NCBI GenBank assembly: GCA_963766115.1
Contig: CAVXYR010000006.1
Coordinates: 177,514 to 241,513 of the forward strand
Length of the DNA: 64,000 bases
Origin: an uncultured Solirubrobacterales bacterium
Lineage (GTDB): Bacteria; Actinomycetota; Thermoleophilia; Solirubrobacterales; 70-9
Direction of reading: 5' to 3'
Position 1 is the stretch's first letter; each line of letters opens with the position of its first letter. Position numbers and translations under genes: made by a program. A model generated the notes under the pieces. The model had not been told where the DNA came from, did no database searches, and saw only the letters and a program-made list of their open reading frames with translations. This document shows, in pieces, positions 28,772 to 37,022 of the stretch.

Positions 28772-30688
28772 GTGCCCGGGCCGCAAAGCGTTCCGAGGTT
28801 TGCGGTACCGGCCTGCGTCGCTGCGGCGTTGGCCGTCTGCCTCGCGCTCGTCGCTTCACCGGCAGGAGCCGCGCCCCAGGGACCCTGGGTGCAGCCGGCA
28901 ACCGATCTTTCGGCCACCGGGCAAAGCGCCTTCGGCCCTCAGGTCACCGCGGCCGCCGACGGCACCGTCACCGCGGTCTGGCATCGCAACGGCACCAACA
29001 AGATCGTCCAGGCCGCGACCCGCCCGCCTGGCGGAATATTCGGCGCCCCGGTCAATCTCTCGGCGGCCGGCCAGGATGCCTCGGGCCCAAGCATTGCCAC
29101 GGCGCCGGACGGGACCGCTACCGTCGTCTGGGTCCGCGACAACGGCACCAACCAGATCGCTCAGGCCGCGACCCGACCCCCTGGTGGGGTATTCGGCGCC
29201 CCGGTCGATCTCACGGCCCCGGGTCAGGATTCCGGTCCCTGGGACATCGCGGCTGCCCCCGACGGCACCGTTACGGTGCTCCTTGCCCGACTCATCGGCA
29301 CCAAATTTGTCATCCAGGCCGCGACCCGCCCGCCCGGCGGCAGCTTCGGCGCCCCGGTGAATCTGTCGACTCCCGGTCAGGACGCCTTCTGGTCGAGGAT
29401 CGCGATCTCCCCTGACGGCACCGCCACCGCGGTTTGGTATGCCTCCAACGGCAGCAACGACATCATCCAGACCGCGACCCGCCCGCCAGGAGGCAGCTTC
29501 GGGCCGCCGGTAAACCTGTCGGTGACCGGCGAGGACGCGAGATTTCCCGAGCTTGCCGCCGCTACGGACGGCACCGTCACCGTCGTCTGGGAGCGCGATG
29601 AAGGCAGCGACCGGATCATCCAGACAGCTACCCGCCCGCCGGGCGGGGTATTCGGCGCCCCGGTAAACCTTTCGGCTACCGGGCAGGAAGCCGAGGGCCC
29701 TCAGATCGCCATCGCGGCGGACGGCACCGCCACGGCGGTCTGGTCAGCCTGGGACGGAAGCATGTACGCCGTGCAGGCCTCGACCAGGCCGCCCGGCGGA
29801 GTATTCGGCTCCCCGGTAGACCTGTCGTTCTCGGACCAGAACGCTAAGTTCCCTCAGATTGCCACGGCGCCCGACGGCACTGCCACTGCGGTCTTTCAAA
29901 GCAACGACGGAAGCGATGACATCGCCCAGGCCGCGACCCGCCCGCCCGGCGGCAGCTTCGGAGCCCCGGTCGACCTGTCGGCGACCGGCGACGATGCCCG
30001 CGACGCCCAGATCGCGATCGCCCAGGACGGAACCGCCCATTCTGTCTGGGGCAGATGGAACGGCAGCAACTACATAATCCAGTCGATTTCCACCGCCCAG
30101 CCCTCACTTCTGCTCGGCGTGGCCAAGAACGGCTCCGGCAAAGGCACGGTCACCTCCAGCCCCGCGGGAATCGACTGCGGCAACGACTGCGCCGCGAGCT
30201 ACCTCTCGTTCACCAAGGTCACCCTGGCCGCCACGCCCGAGAACGGCAGCTCATTCGAGGGCTGGGGAGGGGCCTGCGAGGAGGCGGCCGGTAACACCTG
30301 CGAGCTGACCATGCTCGACGACGAAAATGTCACCGCCACCTTCGGCAAGGCGGGGTTGAAGGTGACCAGGGTCAAGCCGAGAAAGCCGAAGGTCAAGCGA
30401 GGCAGGAAGGTCAAGCTCAAGGTAACGGCCAAGAACACAGGCGATGCGACGGCCAACAAGGCAAAGCTATGTGTAAAGCTGAAAAAGAGCGTGAAGAAGA
30501 AGCTCAAGCCAAAAGGCAAGAACTGCAAGAAGCTCGGCTCACTGGCTCCGGGCAAGGCCAAGACCAGGACCTTCAAGCTGAAGGCCACCGGCAGGGCCAA
30601 GCGAGGCAAGAAGTACAAGGCCCAGTTCAGGCTTTCGGCTGACGGGCCGAAGGCCGCCAAGGCGGCGGTCGGGGTGAAGGTGAGGTAG
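28772..30688 (+). CDS. Paralogue of 26823-28769 with the same architecture
   Basis: 638 aa. The GTG lies 2 nt after the upstream TAG, with GAAGGTGAGG as RBS. Eight repeats with an exact 153-bp period and an identical C-terminal third. Confidence 0.85.
   Translation: MPGPQSVPRFAVPACVAAALAVCLALVASPAGAAPQGPWVQPATDLSATGQSAFGPQVTAAADGTVTAVWHRNGTNKIVQAATRPPGGIFGAPVNLSAAGQDASGPSIATAPDGTATVVWVRDNGTNQIAQAATRPPGGVFGAPVDLTAPGQDSGPWDIAAAPDGTVTVLLARLIGTKFVIQAATRPPGGSFGAPVNLSTPGQDAFWSRIAISPDGTATAVWYASNGSNDIIQTATRPPGGSFGPPVNLSVTGEDARFPELAAATDGTVTVVWERDEGSDRIIQTATRPPGGVFGAPVNLSATGQEAEGPQIAIAADGTATAVWSAWDGSMYAVQASTRPPGGVFGSPVDLSFSDQNAKFPQIATAPDGTATAVFQSNDGSDDIAQAATRPPGGSFGAPVDLSATGDDARDAQIAIAQDGTAHSVWGRWNGSNYIIQSISTAQPSLLLGVAKNGSGKGTVTSSPAGIDCGNDCAASYLSFTKVTLAATPENGSSFEGWGGACEEAAGNTCELTMLDDENVTATFGKAGLKVTRVKPRKPKVKRGRKVKLKVTAKNTGDATANKAKLCVKLKKSVKKKLKPKGKNCKKLGSLAPGKAKTRTFKLKATGRAKRGKKYKAQFRLSADGPKAAKAAVGVKVR
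28937..30082 (+). repeat. Coding tandem repeat array, exact 153-bp period (8 units)
   Basis: Core recurs at 29010, 29163, 29316, 29469, 29622, 29775, 29928 and 30081. Confidence 0.85.
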
Positions 30689-30689
30689 G
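30083..30689 (+). repeat. 607-bp segment identical to 28164-28770 (copy 2)
   Basis: See copy 1. Confidence 0.85.
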
Positions 30690-31184
30690 CGCCGATTCCG
30701 GATTTCGCCTGGCCTTCTCGACACACCGTTGACGATCCTTGAGGTAGGCGCGAATCGTCTCACGGATAGAGCACGCCGCGATGCCGGCGCTCGAACCAAG
30801 GGCCTTCACAAGAGCGGGCGCCTTGCCTGTTGAGGCTTCTCTCATTGCTTGTTGACAGTGTTCTCAACGTCACACCGCGACGTGACGATCGAGAAGCAAC
30901 GATTAACAGCGCATTCAACGATTCCAGAGAAGAGACCCGAACTCCCTACCCGCGGATCACGGCCGCCGGAAGGCAATGCGGGTGGGTTCGGGAATTGCCC
31001 CGAATAGTTCTGAGCGGGAATCGGAGGCCTGCTTGCTTCGGTAACGGAATCGCGAAGTGGGCCGGGCATCAGTTGCCCGCTGCGCGAATCCATCCGCGGA
31101 CGGTCGCGTGCGAGTGAAACCTTGAGGATGGCCCCCGGGCGAGGGTATGCTTACCCTGGTCTGTCCTGCAACCCGGAGGGTCTC

Positions 31185-31997
31185 ATGCGCTTCCTGCCTC
31201 GCCCCACCTACGCCAACGTAGTCGCCACGCTCGCGATCTTCATTGCCTTGGGCGGCATCAGCTACGCCGCCACCAATCTCAGCAAGAACAGCGTCGGCAC
31301 CAAGCAGATCAAGAAAAACGCGGTAACCAAGGCGAAGATCAAGAAGAAAGCGGTGACCAAGGCGAAGATTCAGAAAAGTGCGGTGACCAAGGCGAAGATT
31401 CAGAAAAGTGCGGTGACCGGCGCGAAGATCCAGGATAATGCGGTCGCCACTTCGAAGATCGCGAACGAAGCCGTCACCCAGGGGAAGGTCGACCCGAACC
31501 TGCTGGCTTCGATCGACGAGGACGCGAAGCTGAAGGTATTAAATGGCGACGGCAGCGTCTTGGGAACTTTGGTAGGGGTGCTGCCCTCCGGCATACCGAT
31601 CTTCCAGGTCCTCATCGAGGGTGGGATCTATACCTACTTTCCCTCGGGTCAGGTCTACCCGTTTACCGGCTTCTCTCCGTCGTACAAGAACAACGCCTGC
31701 ACCGGCACGCCGTACGTGGAAGCCGACGACCAGGCAGAAGCCGATCTCCTGTTCTCCAACCTGGCCGGGGGACCGTCGCGAATCACCTACCGGACTACGG
31801 CAGGCGGCAATCTCGGACCGGTCTCGGCATGGCAGTTCACGACGACAAATGAGAGCGTCGTGGGGCAGAACCTGTGGGAACGGGATGACACCGGAGCCTG
31901 TGGGCCGACCAGCAGCAGTCCGTTCACGGGCGTGCTGATCGCGCTGGATCCCGTCACCGCGCCGCCGGACGGCACCGGACCGCTGACTATCGGCTGA
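31185..31997 (+). CDS. N-terminally anchored protein with Lys-rich 10-aa (2 x pentapeptide-like) repeats and an uncharacterised C-terminal domain
   Basis: ATG at 31185 after GGAGGG. MRFLPRPTYANVVATLAIFIALGGISYA (TM/signal anchor). Then KKNAVTKAKI/KKKAVTKAKI/QKSAVTKAKI/QKSAVTGAKI/QDNAVATSKI/ANEAVTQGKV, followed by a globular C-terminal region with two Cys. Confidence 0.7.
   Translation: MRFLPRPTYANVVATLAIFIALGGISYAATNLSKNSVGTKQIKKNAVTKAKIKKKAVTKAKIQKSAVTKAKIQKSAVTGAKIQDNAVATSKIANEAVTQGKVDPNLLASIDEDAKLKVLNGDGSVLGTLVGVLPSGIPIFQVLIEGGIYTYFPSGQVYPFTGFSPSYKNNACTGTPYVEADDQAEADLLFSNLAGGPSRITYRTTAGGNLGPVSAWQFTTTNESVVGQNLWERDDTGACGPTSSSPFTGVLIALDPVTAPPDGTGPLTIG
31351..31410 (+). repeat. Exact 30-bp tandem duplication inside the repeat region
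   Basis: CGGTGACCAAGGCGAAGATTCAGAAAAGTG occurs twice back to back, at 31351-31380 and 31381-31410. Confidence 0.9.
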
Positions 31998-32219
31998 TGC
32001 TTGGCCTCCGCGCTCCCGGTGACCCTGCACGGCCACCGGGAGCGCGGAGGCCATGCCCCGGGGATCTTCAGGCTGAAGGCTGCGGGCTCAGTGGCCCGAG
32101 GAGTCCTCGAACCCTGGAGAACCTCGCATTAGAGTGACGCCGAGCAACCGCTTGGTTGTCTCGATTCGCGTCGATCGCTCCTGAGGACGCCCAGGCACGA
32201 CCGGCTTTCGACGAGCGGG

Positions 32220-33381
32220 TTGTTACGTTGGGCGGACGCATGGAATACCTCTCCACTAGGAATCTTCGCCGGCTCCCGCAAGCAGGACGAGCGACGGCTC
32301 CCGCTCCATCCGCGCCACATCGCCGACATCGATCAGGATCTGCGCGAGCGCATCTACCTCGAGCACGGCTACGGCAGCCGCTTCGGGTTTCGCGACGCCG
32401 ACCTCGCCCCGCTCGTCGGCGGCCATCGCACCCACGAGGAGCTCGTCACCGAGTGCGACGTGCTGTTGCAGCCAAAGCCGCTGGCGGCCGATGTCGCCGA
32501 GATGCGGGAGGGCCAGGTGCTCTGGGGCTGGCCCCACTGCGTCCAGGACGAGGCGCTGACCCAGGCGGCGATCGATCGCCGGGCGACGATCATCGCCTGG
32601 GAGGCGATGAACCACTGGAACTCCGACGGCACCTTCAACCTGCACGTCTTCCACATGAACAACGAGCTCGCCGGCTACTGCTCGGTCCTGCACGCGCTAC
32701 AGCTGACCGGGGTCACCGGCAAGTACGGGCGGCCGCTGCGGGCCTGCGTGGTCGGCTTCGGGGCGACCGGACGCGGCGCGGTGACGGCGCTGGCGGCGCT
32801 CGGTGTGCACGAGGTCTCGGTCCTGACCCAGCGCGAGGTCGCCGCCGTCGCCTCTCCGATCCACTCGGTTCAGATGATCACCTTCGAGCGGGATCCCGAC
32901 CACCCCGGCGATACGCTCGAGCTCGACGGCCGCCACGAGTCGGTCGAGGAGTTCCTCGCCGGGCCACGACGTGATCGTCAACTGCGTCTTCCAGGACACC
33001 GATGCGCCGCTGATGCTCGTCACGAACGAGGAGCTGCCCCGGTTTCGCTCCGGCAGTCTCTTCGTCGACGTCTCCTGCGACGAAGGCATGGGGTTCGAAT
33101 GGGCGCGGCCGACGTCGTTCGCGGATCCGACCTTCACCGTCGGCGACGGGCTCACCTACTACGCCGTCGACCACAGCCCGAGCTTCCTCTGGGATTCGGC
33201 GACCTGGGAGATCAGCCTCGCGCTGATGCCCCACCTGCGCACGGTGATGGAGGGGCCCGCGAGCTGGCTCACCGACGAGGTGATCGCCCGCGCGATCGAG
33301 ATCCGCGACGGCGAGATCCAGAACCCGAAGATCCTCTCCTTCCAGGGCCGGGCTTCCGAGTTCCCGCACACGCGGGCCTGA
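32220..33381 (+). pseudogene. N5-(carboxyethyl)ornithine synthase-like (alanine dehydrogenase/PNT family) gene, frameshifted near 32958-32968
   Basis: The N-terminal part is in the frame of track ORF 32220 (up to ...HESVEEFLAG). The C-terminal part is in the frame of ORF 32971 (HDVIVNCVFQDT...VDVSCDEGMGFE...YYAVDHSPS). Span is 1162 nt, i.e. 3n+1. The start codon is uncertain. Confidence 0.7.
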
Positions 33382-33435
33382 GCAAGCGGCTGAAGACGCT
33401 CCCGCTCGGTCGAGAGACCCGGCTCCGCAGCCTAG

Positions 33436-33509
33436 TGCCGGGAGCAGGACTCGAACCTGCGACACGCGGATTATGATTCCGCTGCTCTAACCAGCTGAGC
33501 TACCCCGGC
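33436..33509 (-). tRNA. tRNA with CAT anticodon (Met; an Ile2/lysidine identity cannot be excluded)
   Basis: The reverse complement is GCCGGGGTAGCTCAGCTGGTTAGAGCAGCGGAATCATAATCCGCGTGTCGCAGGTTCGAGTCCTGCTCCCGGCA. It forms a cloverleaf with a 7-bp acceptor, GCGGA/TCCGC anticodon stem, loop ATCATAA and T-arm GCAGG-TTCGAGT-CCTGC. CCA is not encoded. Confidence 0.85.
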
Positions 33510-33552
33510 GGGGACGGGGAGTCTAAATGAATCTGCCCGGCCGGATCGCCGT

Positions 33553-33951
33553 CTAATCCATGCCCTCGTTGATCGCAAAGGTGTTTCCGTCGGGGTCCTG
33601 GACCCAGCACACCCGCATGCCGCCTTCGCCCTCGAACACGCCGTTATCGTCCGTCCTGATCCCGTCGGCCTGGTCATAGCTGGCGAACTCGACCCCGTTT
33701 CCTCTCAAGAGCTCCATCTCCTGATCGAGGTCCTCGACCTCCCAACCGGCCAGCGTCGCGGTCGACTTGCCGGCGTGATCGGGCGAGAGATAGACCATCA
33801 AGGTTGAGCCCTCCCCACAGCCGTAGAGGACCGATTCACCGGACCCTTCATCCTGTACCCCGAGGTCGAGTCCGCTTTCGTAGAACTCTCTTGCACGGTG
33901 CATGTCGGTGACGGCGATCGCCGGGCCGACTTTGAAGTGTCTGAGGCTCAT
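33553..33951 (-). CDS. VOC/glyoxalase family protein
   Basis: 132 aa. Has AIAVTDMHRAREFYESGLDL...WVQDPDGNTFAI. Confidence 0.8.
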   Translation of the reverse strand: MSLRHFKVGPAIAVTDMHRAREFYESGLDLGVQDEGSGESVLYGCGEGSTLMVYLSPDHAGKSTATLAGWEVEDLDQEMELLRGNGVEFASYDQADGIRTDDNGVFEGEGGMRVCWVQDPDGNTFAINEGMD

Positions 33952-33954
33952 GTC

Positions 33955-34338
33955 TCACTCTCCTTCTATGGCAAAGGTGTTGCCGTCGGGGTCCTGGAAC
34001 CAGGCGATCCGATGGTCGCCGTCGCTGAAAATTCCCTTCTCATCGGTCTTCAGGCCCGGCTCGTCGTACCGAACCATCGGCACGCCACTCTGCTCCAGCT
34101 CGGAGATCATCTCGTCGAGGTCGGGCACGGTCCAGCCGGCCATGGTCGCGGTTGTCTTTCCGGCTCGCTCCGGGGACGGATAGATGTAGAGCCCGGTGCC
34201 TTCGCCACAACCGTAGAGGCACCCACCGTCCCCGTCATCCAACGGGGTGAGGCCGAGCCTTCCTTCATAAAACTCGCGCGAACGTTTCAGGTCGGTCACC
34301 GCTATCACCGGGTCGACATTGCAATCTCCAAGGCCCAT
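33955..34338 (-). CDS. VOC/glyoxalase family protein (tandem paralogue)
   Basis: 127 aa. Has VIAVTDLKRSREFYEGRLGL...WFQDPDGNTFAI. Lies 3 nt from the downstream paralogue. Confidence 0.8.
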   Translation of the reverse strand: MGLGDCNVDPVIAVTDLKRSREFYEGRLGLTPLDDGDGGCLYGCGEGTGLYIYPSPERAGKTTATMAGWTVPDLDEMISELEQSGVPMVRYDEPGLKTDEKGIFSDGDHRIAWFQDPDGNTFAIEGE

Positions 34339-34419
34339 ATTCAGCTCCTGCTTCGGGGGTGAATCGTTTTCGCTTGCGCCTCGATTGTTGCGCTTCGGAG
34401 CGCCGATCGCAAGGCCGGG

Positions 34420-35017
34420 CTAGGTCACGTGAAGATCGACGTGACGGAACCGCGGCCGGAGCCGGCGCCTCAGTCGATCCGCCACTTCCAGGTCGAGGTC
34501 GGGACTGCGGGTCGCGAGTATCACCTCGGTCGCCGGGTAAACCGCCAGTTCGTCTTCGACTGCCTGGACCAGATCTTCGTCGCCAACCCTGGCGCTGCAG
34601 GGACGCCGGCCAGGGTCAGCGACGCGACAGAGATGACGAGGTCCCGCTGGGCCCGTCGTTCGAGCCGCCCGGTAGTCGGTCGCCCATCGATCGAGGAAAG
34701 CGCTAGGGGCAGGAGTGAGGATCCGGATCTCGTCACCCGGCCGGTCGGCATCGGCTTCGATCACGCCCGCGAGCCGCTCGATCATCGCCGCGTCTTCGAT
34801 CGAAAAGCCGGTGACGAGGAGCAGGCGTCGTTTCGCTCCGGCCTCGGGGTACGCTCCCGATCGGGTCGTCGGGGATCGCGAGGAAAGCGACGATCACCCC
34901 GCCGACCAGGATCAGGCCGAGCATCGAGATGCCGAGTCCCGGTGCTCCGACGGCGAAGGTAAGCGCGACGACGCCGAGCAGTCCGGCCATCAGCACTGGA
35001 ACCTGCCAGGTCTTCAT
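34420..35017 (-). pseudogene. Hypothetical TM plus USP-like-domain protein, apparently frameshifted near 34830-34868
   Basis: Track ORF 34733-35017 gives two TMs (MKTWQVPVLMAGLLGVVALTF...LILVGGVIVAFLAIPDDPIG) and then nonsense. The frame of ORF 34420-34785 read upstream gives KRRLLLVTGFSIEDAAMIERL..., homologous to HRVLLVADERFRGAEFADEL of the 5613-6473 protein. That frame has no start codon. Span is 3n+1. Confidence 0.5.
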
Positions 35018-35112
35018 GGGATCACGGTATCGCCCGAGATCCGGGGTCCCCGACGCGGGCCTTCGTTTGCGGCGTTTCCGGTCGACGCCGGAGCGGGACT
35101 GTAGGTTCGGTC

Positions 35113-36025
35113 ATGAGCGAGAGACCTGAGCAAAGCCGTTTCCGCCGTCGTCCGCGACTGCCTCGGGGTGAGGCCGAACGAGGAGGTGCTGGTCGTTCTG
35201 CAATCCGGCGACACACGGCCTGGGCGAGGCGATGCGGGCCGAAGCCGAAGTCGGTCGGGGCCGAAGCCGTGCTGGCGGTGATGGGCGAACGTGCCTCCCA
35301 TGCCGGTGAACCTCCGGCGATGGTCGCCGAGGCGATGGTCGCGGCCGACGTCCTGCTGGCCCCGACCGTCCAGTCGCTCTCGCACACCGCCGCCCGCAAG
35401 CGGGCGAGTGAATCGGGAACCCGGACCGCGACCCTTCCTGGGGCGACCGTCGAGATGCTGGCCCGGGTGATGTCCGACGACATGGCCGAGCTCCGTCGGC
35501 GTGGCGGAAGAGTCGCCGAGATCCTCGACCGCGGCACCGAGGCGCGGATCACCTGCGACCACGGCAGCGACCTGCGCCTCGGCCTCGAGGGACGCACCGC
35601 GATCCCCGATGCGGGCGAGCTGACCGCACACCGGCGCGTTCGGCAACCTGCCCTGCGGCGAGGGCTTCATCGCCCCGGCGACGGCCGAGGGAGTGCTGGT
35701 CGTCGACGGTTCGATCGCCGGTGTCGGGCTGGTGACGAACCCGTTCAGGCTGACCGTGGCGGACGGCCATCTGGTCGAGGCGACCGGGCCCGAGGGCGAG
35801 CAGCTGATGGAACTGCTGACGGTGCACGGACCCGACGGGACCAACGTCGCCGAGCTCGGGATCGGCACCAACTCGAAGGCGATCCTCACCGGCAACATCC
35901 TCGAAGACGAGAAGATTTTCGGCACCGCCCACATCGCTTTCGGAGCGTCGGCGGCGATCGGCGGCAACGTCCAGGTGCCGGTTCACCTCGACGTGGTCTC
36001 GACTGCGGCCCGAAGTGACCGTTGA
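35113..36025 (+). pseudogene. Aminopeptidase (COG2309/AmpS-PepS-like) with at least three or four frameshifts
   Basis: Sensible peptide segments sit in different frames: DLSKAVSAVVRDCLGVRPNEEVLVV; NPATHGLGEAMRAEAEV; AEAVLAVMGERASHAGEPP...TCDHGSDLRLGLEGRTAIPDAGELT; then GAFGNLPCGEGFIAPATAEGVLVVDGSIAG...GTNSKAILTGNILEDEKIFGTAHIAFG. Confidence 0.65.
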
Positions 36026-36061
36026 CGACACGCCGATCGTGCTCGAAGGCAGACTGCTGGT

Positions 36062-36981
36062 TTGACTCTGCTGGCGGTCCCGAACGTGTCCGAGGGCCGC
36101 GACTTCGACCGGCTCGACCGGCTCCAGGAATCACTCGGCACGGAAGTGTTGCTCGATGTCCACACCGACATCGATCACAACCGGGCCGTCTTCACGGTCG
36201 CCGGCCGGGGGCTGGAGGATGCGCGATGGTCAGTCTGGCCGGGACTGCGGCCCGCGAGATCGAGATGTCCGAGTGGAGCGGACTTCATCCGGCGATCGGG
36301 GCGCTTGACGTCTGTCCTGTGGTCTGGACGACGCACGGGGACCGGAGCCGGCGGGCGAAGGCGCGCGGCGATCGCCGCGCGGGTCGGCGAGCTCGGGAAT
36401 ACCGGTCTTCCTCTACGGCGACCTCGCGACCGACCCCGAGAGGGGGGAACGGGCGTGGTTTCGCTCCGGCGGGCTCGACCGTCTCTGGGAGCGCATGGTG
36501 TCGGGAGAGCTGTGGCCCGATTTCGGCCCCGACCGACCCCACCCGAAGGCCGGAGCGGTGCTGGTCACGGCCCGGTCGCCGCTGGCGGCGTTCAACCTCG
36601 AACTCGGCAGAGATGATCTCGGGGCCGCGAAAAGGATTGCCGCCGGAATCCGTGAGGGCGGTCCGGGCGGCCTTCCCGGGGGTGAGGGCGATCGGACTGG
36701 AGCTGTCGACCGGGCGGGCTCAGGTCTCGCTGAACGTGCACGATCCGGTCTCATTGCCACTTTCCCGAGTGGTGGGAGCCGCCCGGGGGCTGGCCGCCGA
36801 GGAAGATGCCTCGATCGTCGAGGCCGAACTGGTCGGCCTGATCCCCGAGAAGGCGCTGGACGGTTATCCCGAGGACCTGCCGATCCGCGACTTCGACCCG
36901 GCCCTGCGGGTGATCGAACGCCGGCTCGACCGGAGTGACCGCCGGAGCAGCCCGGGGCGCGTGCTGCGGCGGTCCGGTTGA
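36062..36981 (+). pseudogene. Glutamate formiminotransferase-like gene with at least four frameshifts
   Basis: Segments sit in three frames: LTLLAVPNVSEGRDFDRL...HNRAVFTVAG; MVSLAGTAAREIEMSEWSGLHPAIGALDVCPVVW; AAIAARVGELG; IPVFLYGDLATDPERG...PHPKAGAVLVTARSPLAAFNLEL...AAGIREGGPGGLPG; VRAIGLELSTGRAQVSLNVHD...EAELVGLIPEKAL. One switch lies in a G5 run at 36678-36682. Confidence 0.65.
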
Positions 36982-37022
36982 TCGCCCGGCGGCCGGAAGG
37001 CGGCGACCGATACATTCCGTTC

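Noticed and set aside
26999-30082. Regular 153-bp periodicity that might suggest a CRISPR-like or satellite array
   Set aside because: The period is a multiple of 3 and the repeats sit inside long ORFs with a conserved amino-acid consensus. There is no short-repeat/unique-spacer structure, so these are coding tandem repeats.
30830-31117. Track ORFs 30830-31117(+) and 30842-31093(-) in the lower-GC spacer
   Set aside because: They have no RBS, no coding-like periodicity or motifs, and they overlap each other on opposite strands. I treat the region as non-coding.
30860-31184. Riboswitch or leader RNA upstream of the anchored Lys-rich repeat protein
   Set aside because: I compared it by eye with c-di-GMP-I, ydaO/c-di-AMP and SAM-type consensus cores and found no convincing match. 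It cannot be supported without a covariance-model scan.
36022-36981. 319-aa track ORF as an intact gene
   Set aside because: Only parts of it read as formiminotransferase. The remainder is Arg/Ser/Pro-rich nonsense, while the missing conserved segments appear in the other two frames. It is therefore called a multiply frameshifted gene instead.
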